This document shows, one piece after another, positions 27,122 to 36,221 of a stretch of 64,000 bases of DNA (the stretch's first letter is position 1; the number at the start of each line of letters is the position of its first letter). The notes beneath the pieces are model-generated. The model made no database searches. It had not been told where the DNA came from and saw only the letters and a list, made by a program, of their open reading frames with translations. The position numbers and the translations under genes are program-made. The DNA is from an uncultured Gammaproteobacteria bacterium (lineage in GTDB: Bacteria > Patescibacteriota > Patescibacteriia > Magasanikbacterales > GWA2-37-8): NCBI GenBank assembly GCA_964634875.1, contig CAZWKA010000006.1, positions 12,173 to 76,172 of the forward strand. Reading direction: 5' to 3'.

Positions 27122-27634
27122 ATGAGCCTCTACACTGTCCAAGAAATCGTGATCGGTTCTGATGCTGTACCCAAAGTGATGGCCGGCAAGCTCGCCTGCC
27201 CCAAAGACATCATCGTTGGCCATCCAGCCAAATCGCTGGTGAATAGGCAGCCCTGCGGCTTGAGCGAAATCAGGCAGGGTGCCTGCAACCGGCGGAAGGC
27301 CGCCCGTAAGGGTCGCCCCAGCGGTGACATCTGGATCGGTATCGAGAATGGTGTGGTGTGGCAAGGTGGTAAGTGGTTTGACCTGGCCGCCGTTGCCGGA
27401 TGTAACCGAGCAGGCCGTGAAGTGCTCGTCTGGTCGCTGGCGATCGAGATCCCCACGTGGGTGGTGACCGCAGTTAGAAGACACGGTTTCGATACGACGA
27501 CCATCGGTCTCATGTATGCGGGAGCTGTTAAAGGTGTTGATCACCAGGACATCCACGCTCACCTCACCAACGGCGCCCTGAAACGTGAACAGATCCTGGC
27601 CCAGGCCATCGTAGTCGTGCGGGCTCAGCTGTAG
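27122..27634 (+). CDS. yjjX: Non-canonical purine NTP phosphatase (inosine/xanthosine triphosphatase, YjjX/DUF84-like)
   Basis: SLVNRQPCGLSEIRQGACNRRKAARK....DIWIGIENG parallels E. coli YjjX SxVxxQPxGxxETRxGAxNRxxxAR...DFWVAIEAG. Confidence 0.65.
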   Translation: MSLYTVQEIVIGSDAVPKVMAGKLACPKDIIVGHPAKSLVNRQPCGLSEIRQGACNRRKAARKGRPSGDIWIGIENGVVWQGGKWFDLAAVAGCNRAGREVLVWSLAIEIPTWVVTAVRRHGFDTTTIGLMYAGAVKGVDHQDIHAHLTNGALKREQILAQAIVVVRAQL

Positions 27635-27676
27635 AATTTAGAAAAGCTACGAATTGAAAGGATATAGGTAAAAAGC

Positions 27677-28717
27677 ATGCGTCGTAAGCAGAACATCATC
27701 CTCTACTTCCCGACGATGAAGAAGCTCGCCTACTCCATCGTTGCGAAGCTCCGCAGACTCAAGAACAATAAGTTCGTCGTGCGTGACCCCAAGATGTCTG
27801 AGTTCGCAGACGGGTCGCCGACGAGCGCGATCCCGAATGTCCGTGGCGCTGAGGTCACGGTGGTGGCAGACATGCAGGGTGAGCACCCCAGCATTGCCTT
27901 CATGCGGCTCGCCGAGATCCTCGACGCGCTTGAGCGGGCAGGTGTAGCTGCGGTCACGGTGGTGATGCCGTACCACAGTTTTTCTCGCTCCGATCGCAAG
28001 GCCAAGGGCCGCGAGTCGATCATGGTGGCTCGAATCGCGACTTTCCTCAAGACCTACAACACCCTCAAACGCATCATCACCATCGATCTCCACTCCGACC
28101 AAATCGAGGGGATGTACACTGGCATCAGTGTTACACACCTCTCCGGGTCGCTCATCTTCGCGCCGAAGTGCCGTCCCATGGCCAAGAAGTCCAAGGATCC
28201 GCTCGTCACGATCGCTGGGGACGTCGGTGGTGCTCGCCGGACGCGCAACACCGCTCGTCTTACTGGTGGTCACACAGTGATGATGATCATGGATAAGACT
28301 CGCCCCAAGAAGAACGAGGCCGAGATTATGGGAATTCTTTGTGACCGTAAGGTCGTCAAAGGACTTCAGGCGGTCATCTGCGATGATGTCGTTGATACCG
28401 CTGGCACTCTGGTTGGGGTCATCAAAGAGGCTAAGAAGATGCGGCTGCGGGCGACTACTGTCATGGCGACGCACGGTGTCCTATCACCAAGTAAGGGGAC
28501 GACAGCGATCAGCAAGCTGCGTGCGAGCGGTGTCACCAAGATCGTCCTCTCTGACACAATCCCCCTGTCGGCCGCGAAGAAGGCAGAGGCGGGCGCTTTG
28601 ATCGAAGTCGTCAGTTGCGCTGATCTGCTTGCCTCAACGTTGCATGCCATTACTACCCCGAATGGCAGCGTCAGCCGCCTCTACGACAATGCCCGCGCCG
28701 CCGCCAAGCGCGCCTAA
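27677..28717 (+). CDS. prs: Ribose-phosphate pyrophosphokinase (PRPP synthetase)
   Basis: DLHSDQIEGMY (cf. DLHA.QIQGFF), GDVGGARRTR, and the PRPP-binding loop ICDDVVDTAGTL. Confidence 0.8.
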   Translation: MRRKQNIILYFPTMKKLAYSIVAKLRRLKNNKFVVRDPKMSEFADGSPTSAIPNVRGAEVTVVADMQGEHPSIAFMRLAEILDALERAGVAAVTVVMPYHSFSRSDRKAKGRESIMVARIATFLKTYNTLKRIITIDLHSDQIEGMYTGISVTHLSGSLIFAPKCRPMAKKSKDPLVTIAGDVGGARRTRNTARLTGGHTVMMIMDKTRPKKNEAEIMGILCDRKVVKGLQAVICDDVVDTAGTLVGVIKEAKKMRLRATTVMATHGVLSPSKGTTAISKLRASGVTKIVLSDTIPLSAAKKAEAGALIEVVSCADLLASTLHAITTPNGSVSRLYDNARAAAKRA

Positions 28718-28740
28718 CACACATAAGGAGAACGTCAGTC

Positions 28741-29292
28741 ATGAGCAATATGATAGCTCACTACCTGTCCCAGTTTCTCGAACCTATCCTGGACTTTCCG
28801 CGGCCAGGCATCGTGTTCCGCGACATCAGCCCCCTGCTCCGCAACCCCGAGGCCAAGGAGACGTGCTTCCTCGAGATGGGCCGTCAGCTCGAGCAGGCGG
28901 GCATCGGCTTCGACCTGGTCGGGATGATCGACGCCCGCGGCTACATCTTCGGCGAGCCCATCGCCCAGCGGCATCGTCGCGGCTCCATCATGGTGCGGAA
29001 AGCCGGTATGATGCCGGTGCGCAAGGGCGCCAAGCTCGTGCGGAAGTCGTATGGTCTTGAGTATGGCACGAGCACCATCGAGATGCAGGACTACGCCGTC
29101 GAGAAGGCTCAGCGGGTCCTCATTGTCGACGACGGCCTCGCGACCGGCGGCACGGCCAAGGCAACGGCTGAGCTCGTCGAGGAACTTGGTGGTATCGTCG
29201 CCGGCTTCCTCTTCGTCTTCGAGATTGAGTCCTGTGGTGGACGACAGATGCTTGACGGCTACCAGGTCGTCAGCATCGTCAAGTTCCCGTAG
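28741..29292 (+). CDS. apt: Adenine phosphoribosyltransferase
   Basis: ILDFPRPGIVFRDISPLL.., VLIVDDGLATGGT PRTase motif; 183 aa. Confidence 0.85.
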   Translation: MSNMIAHYLSQFLEPILDFPRPGIVFRDISPLLRNPEAKETCFLEMGRQLEQAGIGFDLVGMIDARGYIFGEPIAQRHRRGSIMVRKAGMMPVRKGAKLVRKSYGLEYGTSTIEMQDYAVEKAQRVLIVDDGLATGGTAKATAELVEELGGIVAGFLFVFEIESCGGRQMLDGYQVVSIVKFP

Positions 29293-29295
29293 TTA

Positions 29296-29305
29296 CCCCC
29301 CCCCC
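29296..29305 (+). repeat. C10 homopolymer 3 nt after the apt stop codon
   Basis: tag-tta-cccccccccc. Confidence 0.9.
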
Positions 29306-29315
29306 GCTTCGTTCC

Positions 29316-29391
29316 CCCTGGCCGCAGGCGTTCTTCTATAGAGCGCCTCGGCCAACACTAAAAACACCCCAATATACTGGGGTGTTTTTAG
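29316..29391 (+). repeat. Repeat unit A (HP1 GC hairpin plus HP2 terminator), a roughly 80%-identical copy of 29909-29986
   Basis: ggccgcaggcg-ttcttctatagag-cgcctcggcc ... aaaacacccca-atatac-tggggtgttttt. Confidence 0.8.
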
Positions 29392-29460
29392 TTTCTACCC
29401 TTGACGCATGCCCAATTTTCTGCTACCACTATTCGGTGCCGCTGTAAGGCGAGGGGGAAC

Positions 29461-29847
29461 ATGCGAAGACTGTTTGTTTCGTTGTTGGCTCTGATGCTCG
29501 TTACTGCTCAGGGCCATGCTGATGGCGGATCGGGCGAGGCCAAAGTCGTTTTCGAGGATCACACCTTTCTGTGTACACCTCGGTACGACGATCGGCCTGG
29601 CTATCCCGACTATTGGATTGTGTTTGTGCCAGTTGCTCCAGACCGGGACACGGGTAGTTCAACTGAAGGGGTGCTCACTGGTTGTGAGGAGACTAACTAC
29701 CAAGTCCATTGCGTTGATGATGTGCCCCACTTCATTTTCGGTCCTGCTGATGGCGTTGAATACCAAGGAGGCAGGGTTCGTACCTGGTCCTTCGAAGATG
29801 GGCGGAAGCGCAAAATGATCCTGCGTTGCGTTGGGCGCGTCAGTTAA
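29461..29847 (+). CDS. Secreted hypothetical protein flanked by repeat units A and B
   Basis: MRRLFVSLLALMLVTAQGHA signal peptide; GAGGGGG Shine-Dalgarno; high GC. Confidence 0.5.
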   Translation: MRRLFVSLLALMLVTAQGHADGGSGEAKVVFEDHTFLCTPRYDDRPGYPDYWIVFVPVAPDRDTGSSTEGVLTGCEETNYQVHCVDDVPHFIFGPADGVEYQGGRVRTWSFEDGRKRKMILRCVGRVS

Positions 29848-29908
29848 ATTCGCAAGCTCAGTTTGTCTCGTCGGCCTACCCGCTATCAGCTGCGGTTAAC
29901 GTACGCTC

Positions 29909-29986
29909 TTTCGGCCGCAGGTTCTCTTCATAAGAGTGCCTCGGCCACTTCTAAAAACACCTCGATACTATCGGGGTGTTTTTATT
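29909..29986 (+). repeat. Repeat unit B (HP1 plus HP2), paralogous to 29316-29391
   Basis: ggccgcagg-ttctcttcataagagtg-cctcggcc ... aaaaacacctcgata-cta-tcggggtgttttt. Confidence 0.8.
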
Positions 29987-30105
29987 TTGCTTACCAAACC
30001 TTATATTACGTAGGTATATTTAATAGTAGTTTATAAGTATCGTTTCCCTTGTCTAGTTTTATCTCTAGTCGGTTTTCCCTTTACATCGTTGCATTAAAAT
30101 TAATT

Positions 30106-30852
30106 CTATAGTTCCACGCTAGTCATCTTTTCACGCGTCCAAATAAGTTCAAACAAGATCCGAAATGTTTCGGAAAGAAGGACGTTTGTCAAAATTGTTC
30201 CAAAGATAGGTTCGTGTAGAGTTATTAAGGCAATATTGTCATCCCATATAAGAATATCTGTTGGTTGATCTTGATGCTCTGGTGGTAAAAGTTTAACTTC
30301 ATAGAACCCTTTAAGTAAGGTTTTGCTTTGCTCGGCGAGCGGCTTGGAGCGTGCACTTAAAATATCTTGAAAAATAATTCCTCGTTTTTTTACTTCAGCA
30401 AAATATCGCCCCAGAAACCCGGGCATTAATTTTTCAATATTATTCGTTGAACCAATAGCAATTATTTTTTGAGACTGAAGTGACGCTGCATATATTTCCT
30501 TAATCTGATCAATTCCTTCATAAAACCGAATTTTTGGTTTATTTTTTTGTGTCGTATACAGGCCGCGCAGATCAGGTAGTACCTGTTGAATTGCCTCTTT
30601 TCTTTTTTCGAGCGCACGTATCAACGATTCCGGATCATTAGCCAAGTAGGCTTTACGTTTGTTGCGTGCGCGCTCTTCAATTAAACCTTTATCTTGGAGT
30701 GAGGCTAGCACGTTATAACAGTTGGTGCGGGCAATTGCTGTGCCTCGTGCCACCTGTGGCGGGCTCGAAGCGCCGTTTTCGAGTAAATACAAATACACCA
30801 GTATTTCAGAATGGTTGAGTCCAGCTAGCTTTAGTTGATCGTGTAAGCTCAT
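30106..30852 (-). CDS. TrmB-like transcriptional regulator (paralog 2)
   Basis: wHTH (..SEILVYLYLLENGASSPPQVARGTAIARTNCYNVLASLQDKGLI..); ATG start at MSLHDQ (the ORF-track start at 30894 is TTG). Confidence 0.75.
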   Translation of the reverse strand: MSLHDQLKLAGLNHSEILVYLYLLENGASSPPQVARGTAIARTNCYNVLASLQDKGLIEERARNKRKAYLANDPESLIRALEKRKEAIQQVLPDLRGLYTTQKNKPKIRFYEGIDQIKEIYAASLQSQKIIAIGSTNNIEKLMPGFLGRYFAEVKKRGIIFQDILSARSKPLAEQSKTLLKGFYEVKLLPPEHQDQPTDILIWDDNIALITLHEPIFGTILTNVLLSETFRILFELIWTREKMTSVEL

Positions 30853-30941
30853 AATGTCAAAATTATATATATCATTTATAATCAATTTAGTCAAGCGATT
30901 ATTAAAAATGTAAAAATAATAGTAGTTATATTATTGACAAT

Positions 30942-31583
30942 ATGGCGATTTTACGGTATGATGAGGAGTTCAAGATTGAGAATGTCTCAATAGTGAACAG
31001 TCGTTCTTTCAAGGAGCAGTGTATGAGCTATAGTGTCAGTCAAGTTGCCGACCCGAGTGATATTGATCTCAAAGAAATACAGGAGAAGATAAAAGGTCTT
31101 GCTCGTGAGTTCGAATGGCTTGCCGGTGAAGGGGCGGAGATTCTGTCTCGCAATGAGCCACTCCCTTACGCTGTGTGGAGTGCTGTTTTTGCGAGAGTCA
31201 GCGATCTCGGACATGAGACGTGCTGGAGCTGCCCACTCCATATCGCGTATTTCGTGAAGGTCGTTGAACGCGGCATCAATGATTTACGCGCTCATCTTCT
31301 CAAACAAGGTCCTGGTGAGGAGCTGAACAGTGACTTCCAGCACCAGTGGTTCTGCAAGCTTTTGCGCCAGTTTGGCGGGGGCAACCTTGGTATCGGCTGT
31401 AGTCGTTTGGTGCCGAGCGAGCTTGCCGCCAACATGCTTGAGCTCCTGCGTACCCGGCTGGTCGAGGTCGTCCAGTGTAAGGACTGGCTTGTGAGCTTGT
31501 CGGTCGAGCGGTTTCGTGCGTTCGACCAGGAGGCGCGGGATATGTACGTAAAAAAGTACAGCGCACACTGGCCGACGAGGTAG
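30942..31583 (+). CDS. Hypothetical protein divergent from TrmB paralog 2
   Basis: 213-aa ORF with its own promoter-like TTGACA immediately upstream; I recognise no motif. Confidence 0.5.
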   Translation: MAILRYDEEFKIENVSIVNSRSFKEQCMSYSVSQVADPSDIDLKEIQEKIKGLAREFEWLAGEGAEILSRNEPLPYAVWSAVFARVSDLGHETCWSCPLHIAYFVKVVERGINDLRAHLLKQGPGEELNSDFQHQWFCKLLRQFGGGNLGIGCSRLVPSELAANMLELLRTRLVEVVQCKDWLVSLSVERFRAFDQEARDMYVKKYSAHWPTR

Positions 31584-32377
31584 TGTTCATTGGTACTGGC
31601 GCTGTTCGCCAATCGCATTTCGCCCACACCCGGTAAGCGAAATGTATCGATCAATTAAGGAGAATAAACCGGGCTCCAATTCTCGCTACAAACATTTGCA
31701 TCGAGTGAGGAGAACATGGGCTATAAGGAAATTGATTGGAAGGCAGAAGCCAGCTGCTACCTAACGTTGCGTGACGAATTGGCTGTGGCAGAGGATCAGC
31801 TGCACTCCGTACGCCATGCGCTATTTACCAATCCTCAAATACCATAAGTATTTAGAGAATAAGCTTAAACAGCTTTTTAAGGAATCATCAGGTTATAGGG
31901 CAGCAGCAAGCTCTCACCTTAATCAAGTAGTTCTTCTTTTATATGGTCTGGAGCGGTGGTTAGTTGAGTGGGGTCTTTAATAAAGTTTGTTCTCTAGTGA
32001 ACTCGGCCGGCCTTCAAAAGCCGGTCTGCTATTTTTTAGTTTTTGTTGTAGGTTGTCCCAAGCTATCCCACAATCCTTCAAACCATAAAGTAAACCAATG
32101 ATGTATTGCCCCATTCTCAACGATTACTCCTGCCAAAAACAGGATGACTGGTTTCTGTAGGCTATTTTAAGTGGAGGTAAGAGCGATGGCAAAGGATTTT
32201 TGTTTGCCGGCGACGCCTTAATTGGCACTTGCTTTGTCAAAGAACAAAAGGAAATTCGATCCTAAGGCTGGTTTTTTGTTTGGAGTAATTATCAAAAGGG
32301 GACAAAACTGTGGATAAGCCAGTGTATAAGTCGCTATTAAGTGGATAAATGTATACACTATTGTATACAAACATATA

Positions 32378-32408
32378 AAACAATGGCTAACATTAGCCAT
32401 TGTTTTAT
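32378..32408. repeat. 13-bp perfect inverted repeat with a 4-nt loop
   Basis: aaaacaatggcta-acat-tagccattgtttt. Confidence 0.85.
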
Positions 32409-32439
32409 ATTTCAGTAAAAAGCTGCTTATCACATACTA

Positions 32440-32472
32440 ATTGTTTCATGTGAAACAATTAGTATGCACCTG
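32440..32472. repeat. 15-bp-arm palindrome containing TGTTTCA-tg-TGAAACA
   Basis: atactaattgtttca-tg-tgaaacaattagtat. Confidence 0.85.
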
Positions 32473-32523
32473 CGCTTTGAATAAGAGACTTATATCTCCT
32501 CTCTGTTTAATTTACAGAAAGGA

Positions 32524-32543
32524 TGTTTCACATGAAACATTTT
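32524..32543. repeat. Third TGTTTCAC-ATGAAACA-type palindrome overlapping the TrmB-3 stop codon; a fourth, perfect copy ttgtttcacgtgaaacaa lies inside the gene near 32690-32712
   Basis: tgtttcacatgaaaca. Confidence 0.8.
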
Positions 32544-33264
32544 AGTTTTTTATCGATTCCCACGCAAGATTAAACAAAGATCGATAGGTCTCAGCGACGT
32601 CACTGCTTTCAATTACTGTGGCGAGCGGTACATCTTTGTATGAGAATATAGCCAAACTATTTCCAAAAATAATGTTATCCGTTGGTAGTTTTGTTTCACG
32701 TGAAACAATTTTGATCTGATGAAATTGGGAGTTGTGTTCTTTGGCAAATTGCAGTGAGGCTTCGTCATAGGGCACTAAATCGCGCACGTGCATTTTTCGA
32801 TCTTCGATAATCTGTAAATATGGCCAAATTTTTTCAAGAACTTCGGGGTGAATGGCGTTAATTGATCCAAAAATATCGAGCTCATTCCAAGTGAAAATTT
32901 CACGGTAAAGGGCTGTAAGGCTTTCAACTCCTTGATAATAACGAATTTTTGGTTTCTCCTTTTTTGAGTTATACAAAGCAGCTAATTCAGGAATAGCCTC
33001 CTTGAGCAGGTGGCTGCGTTGTCGTTCCTCTTCGACCAGTCGTTCTGGTGATTCGGCAGCGTAGATCATGCGACGACCAGGTGTAATGCTTGCCAGCCCC
33101 CGCTCACGAAGTTCTTCCAAAATCAAATAGGTGGTTGGTCTTTTAGTTCCGGCCCGTTTTGACAATTGAGCAACCGAAGCACTGCCGGCCTGAAGAAGTG
33201 CAAGATAGACTTCTGCCTGTTTAGGATGCAGACCGAGTGTGGCAAGGGTTTTTGAGAGTTCCAT
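32542..33264 (-). CDS. TrmB-like transcriptional regulator (paralog 3)
   Basis: wHTH (..AEVYLALLQAGSASVAQLSKRAGTKRPTTYLILEELRERGL..); C-domain closely related to paralog 2 (KPKIRYYQGVESL.. vs KPKIRFYEGIDQI..). Confidence 0.75.
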   Translation of the reverse strand: MELSKTLATLGLHPKQAEVYLALLQAGSASVAQLSKRAGTKRPTTYLILEELRERGLASITPGRRMIYAAESPERLVEEERQRSHLLKEAIPELAALYNSKKEKPKIRYYQGVESLTALYREIFTWNELDIFGSINAIHPEVLEKIWPYLQIIEDRKMHVRDLVPYDEASLQFAKEHNSQFHQIKIVSRETKLPTDNIIFGNSLAIFSYKDVPLATVIESSDVAETYRSLFNLAWESIKN

Positions 33265-33914
33265 AGCAGTATTTTTAATAGCCTATCATTCACTCTAAAA
33301 TATGTCAATAATTCTGACAATAAAATAATAATTTAGCTAATATTAAATAAAATAATGCTTAATTAATGCGGTAGTATTACTGACAAAATGGGTAATTCAG
33401 AGTATGATAGCGCGTTTAGAATTGAGATGGATGAAGTCTGGAAATTGACTTAAGGCTACTTTGGGATTTCATTCCAAAACGCTTTTTTACAAAACTGGCG
33501 CAAAAGCGTCTTGGGGCTTCATCGCGACTTTTCCGTTAGGTAAGATCGTGGTGTTCATCTCTCGCAACAACGATTTTTGTGGGGTTGGTTAGGAAGCATG
33601 ACCATCTTCGGGCTGTAATTGGAGTTGTGAAAGAAAAACCCGATACACCTTCCTTCCTGAGCGCTTATCTACTCACGCTCGGGAATGAATGTCGGATGCC
33701 GCTTGGGTAGATGTGGTGGCGCTTACGCTGTTCCTAATTTTTTGCTGGCTCGCTGCGTCAAAATAACTTCCCGAATAGCCTGACTAAATCCCGTTTCATA
33801 CAGCGGCTTTTTTGTTATTTTTTATGCACTGTTGTAATCCCGCAAAATCATTCAAAAGTGCGTAAAACTGTGCTATACTAGTGAGGTACGATTTACTCTT
33901 CTATATAGAGCCTT
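33265..33914. other. 650-bp region with no ORF of 60 aa or more; possible ncRNA or gene remnant
   Basis: No ORF of 60 aa or more; AT-rich 5' half and a structured GC-richer 3' half. Confidence 0.2.
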
Positions 33915-36206
33915 ATGGTGACGCAACATCGCCTTCTGGGGTGGCTTCAATACGCCCTGTTTTTTATCGTTTTATTAAGTGTGGTGGTGGTGCCACTTGC
34001 GATTGACACGCGCCTTGTAAATTTTTATATTTTGCCGAAGACGATTTTACTTTTTTGCCTGGTACTCGTCAGCCTTTTGGTTGTTGCTGTAAAAGCAATC
34101 ATTACCAAACAGCTCGAGTTTCGTCGTTCACCCTTGGATGTGCCGCTGATTGCGCTCGCGTTAAGCGGTCTTATCTCTGGAATTTTTTCAGGCATGCTCC
34201 GCGAGAGTTTCTTGGGACGTAGTGATTTTTTCGGGCTCAGCGTGCTCTACATTGTTTTCCTCGTTTTATTTTATTTTTTAATCGTACAGGTTCTCACGAG
34301 CCCACGCCGCTGGATGCTTGTGTTCAACGTGCTTGTGGCTGTTGGCGCCGCGAGTAGTGCTTTGTTTGTTCTTAAGGCAGTTTTCAATATTGACGCGCTC
34401 AACTTGTTAACGGGGTATGGTTCGCTGTCAAACACCATCGAAGGATTTAATGGTACTTTTGGCGTGTGGCTGGTTGCTATGTTTGTGCTTTCAGCCGGAC
34501 AGCTTATCAAAAAGGACCACGGTCTTGTTTCTGGTGTTTTGTACGGAGCAGGGGCGGTGCTCGCGTTCATTGCTCTTATCCTTCTCAGCTTCAAGGTCAT
34601 CTGGTGGATAATGCTTGCCGCCGTTATTCTGTTGCTCTTACTTGGTATCGGTTTTATCCGTGAAGCCCGTCTAAGCGTGTTGTCGATTTTATTTGCAGTG
34701 TTAATTCTGGTAATTATATTTATTTTCTTCGACACGCCGCGGTCGTTCCAATATGTTTTGCCGGTGGAAACAATTTTAAGTTTCAAATCGTCATGGGTCA
34801 TTACTTCGCAAACACTCGTCTCGGGGGCAAAAAATTTATTTTTGGGCTCAGGTCTCGGTACGTTTGTTGCTGATTTTTCTCAGTTCCGGACGCGCGAATT
34901 CAACACCGATGCGCTGGCCTGGACAATCCGTTTTAACGCTCCATTCTCAACACTCTTGTCGCTCCTAGCCGAGGGCGGTCTCTTGTTTGCGGTCACGTTT
35001 GTTTTTGTCGGCGTTAGTTTTGTTGGTCAGGCACTTTCTGGTTGGCTCCGCATCCGTCTTGAAGGCGGCTTGTCACCTCTGGTTGCACTGGTTGAAAAAA
35101 AACGGGCTTTGATCGTGCACTGGGAAACTTTCTTAGTGATTATTGCCTGGATCACCCTTCTCATTGGATCAGCAGTTATTTTTTACGGCGCAGTGTTGTG
35201 GTGGTTGTGGTTTTTGTTACTTGCGTTGTCGATGACTGGTCTCTTGTTCATCCAGCCGAGACTGGCGAGTGTGAAAAAAATTGTTATTGCTAACACGCCA
35301 GAGTACAATCTTTCATTTTCTTTTGTGGTTATCGTGCTCATGGCTGCGGTTGCGGTTGTGGGGGTGTGGGGTGCACGTCTCTATGTAGCCGAAGTGTACT
35401 ATGCCCAGGCGCTGACCAACACGCGTTATGCTGACGCCGAAGAGGGTATGAAAAAAGCGCTTGCACTTCAAGATGGTTCGGCAACGTATCATACGGGTCT
35501 TGCGCAAGTCTATTTGCTCGAAGCAGTTGCTGAAAGCCGGGCTGCCAACCCAGATGTTTCCAAAATCAGCACGCTTATGGCCAGTGCAGTTAATGAGGCG
35601 CGACGTGCCACTGACCTCAATCCTAAATCGGTAGCGACGTGGGAAAATTTGGCGACTATGTACGAAAATGCTGCTACCCTAATTCCCGAAGCGCGGGAAT
35701 GGGTAATTAAGTCGCTTAATGAGGCTATAAAACTTGAGCCGACTAATCCGGTTTTAGTTTGGCGCTTGGCCAATAATTATGCGCAGAGCGGTAAGTTTGA
35801 TGAAGCTGCTAAGCACTATGCTGACGCATTGTATTTGAAGCCCGACTATATTGGTGCGTTGACTCAGCTGGCTAACGTCTACGAACAATCACAAAAAACT
35901 GACAAAGCTGTAGAAGCTTACCAGTCTGCTTTAGCGCTCAATCCGACGAACGTTGAAATTATTTTTAACTATGGCCGGATGCTCTATAACCGCAACCAAT
36001 CGACCGACCGAGAGGAAGCGGAGCGATTGTGGCTTGAAGCTGTCCGTTTACAGCCGAATTATTCTAACGCTTTGTACAGTCTCGGACTTGCTTCAGAAAC
36101 AAAAGGTGATAAGACATTGGCTTTGCAATATTATTACCGTGTTAAAGATCTTAACCCCGAGAATCAAGACGTGGCAGCAAAAATTACGGCGCTGCTTAAA
36201 AAGTAA
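33915..36206 (+). CDS. Polytopic membrane protein (O-antigen ligase/Wzy-like) with a C-terminal TPR repeat domain
   Basis: About 12 predicted TM helices, then several TPR-like repeats (..AKHYADALYLKPDYIGALTQLANVYEQSQKTDKAVEAYQSALALNP..). Confidence 0.8.
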   Translation: MVTQHRLLGWLQYALFFIVLLSVVVVPLAIDTRLVNFYILPKTILLFCLVLVSLLVVAVKAIITKQLEFRRSPLDVPLIALALSGLISGIFSGMLRESFLGRSDFFGLSVLYIVFLVLFYFLIVQVLTSPRRWMLVFNVLVAVGAASSALFVLKAVFNIDALNLLTGYGSLSNTIEGFNGTFGVWLVAMFVLSAGQLIKKDHGLVSGVLYGAGAVLAFIALILLSFKVIWWIMLAAVILLLLLGIGFIREARLSVLSILFAVLILVIIFIFFDTPRSFQYVLPVETILSFKSSWVITSQTLVSGAKNLFLGSGLGTFVADFSQFRTREFNTDALAWTIRFNAPFSTLLSLLAEGGLLFAVTFVFVGVSFVGQALSGWLRIRLEGGLSPLVALVEKKRALIVHWETFLVIIAWITLLIGSAVIFYGAVLWWLWFLLLALSMTGLLFIQPRLASVKKIVIANTPEYNLSFSFVVIVLMAAVAVVGVWGARLYVAEVYYAQALTNTRYADAEEGMKKALALQDGSATYHTGLAQVYLLEAVAESRAANPDVSKISTLMASAVNEARRATDLNPKSVATWENLATMYENAATLIPEAREWVIKSLNEAIKLEPTNPVLVWRLANNYAQSGKFDEAAKHYADALYLKPDYIGALTQLANVYEQSQKTDKAVEAYQSALALNPTNVEIIFNYGRMLYNRNQSTDREEAERLWLEAVRLQPNYSNALYSLGLASETKGDKTLALQYYYRVKDLNPENQDVAAKITALLKK

Positions 36207-36221
36207 ACTTGTTTGTTGTGT

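Noticed and set aside
14975-29986. Integron/attC interpretation of the GC-rich cassettes with flanking hairpins
   Set aside because: Genes are in both orientations, each has its own promoter, the hairpins are short perfect stems with 6-7-nt loops rather than attC-like imperfect 50-120-bp structures, and no intI or attI was seen.
31771-31980. 69-aa ORF and a 44-codon ORF at about 31715-31849
   Set aside because: Short, no ribosome-binding site or motif support; could be real small proteins but the evidence is insufficient.
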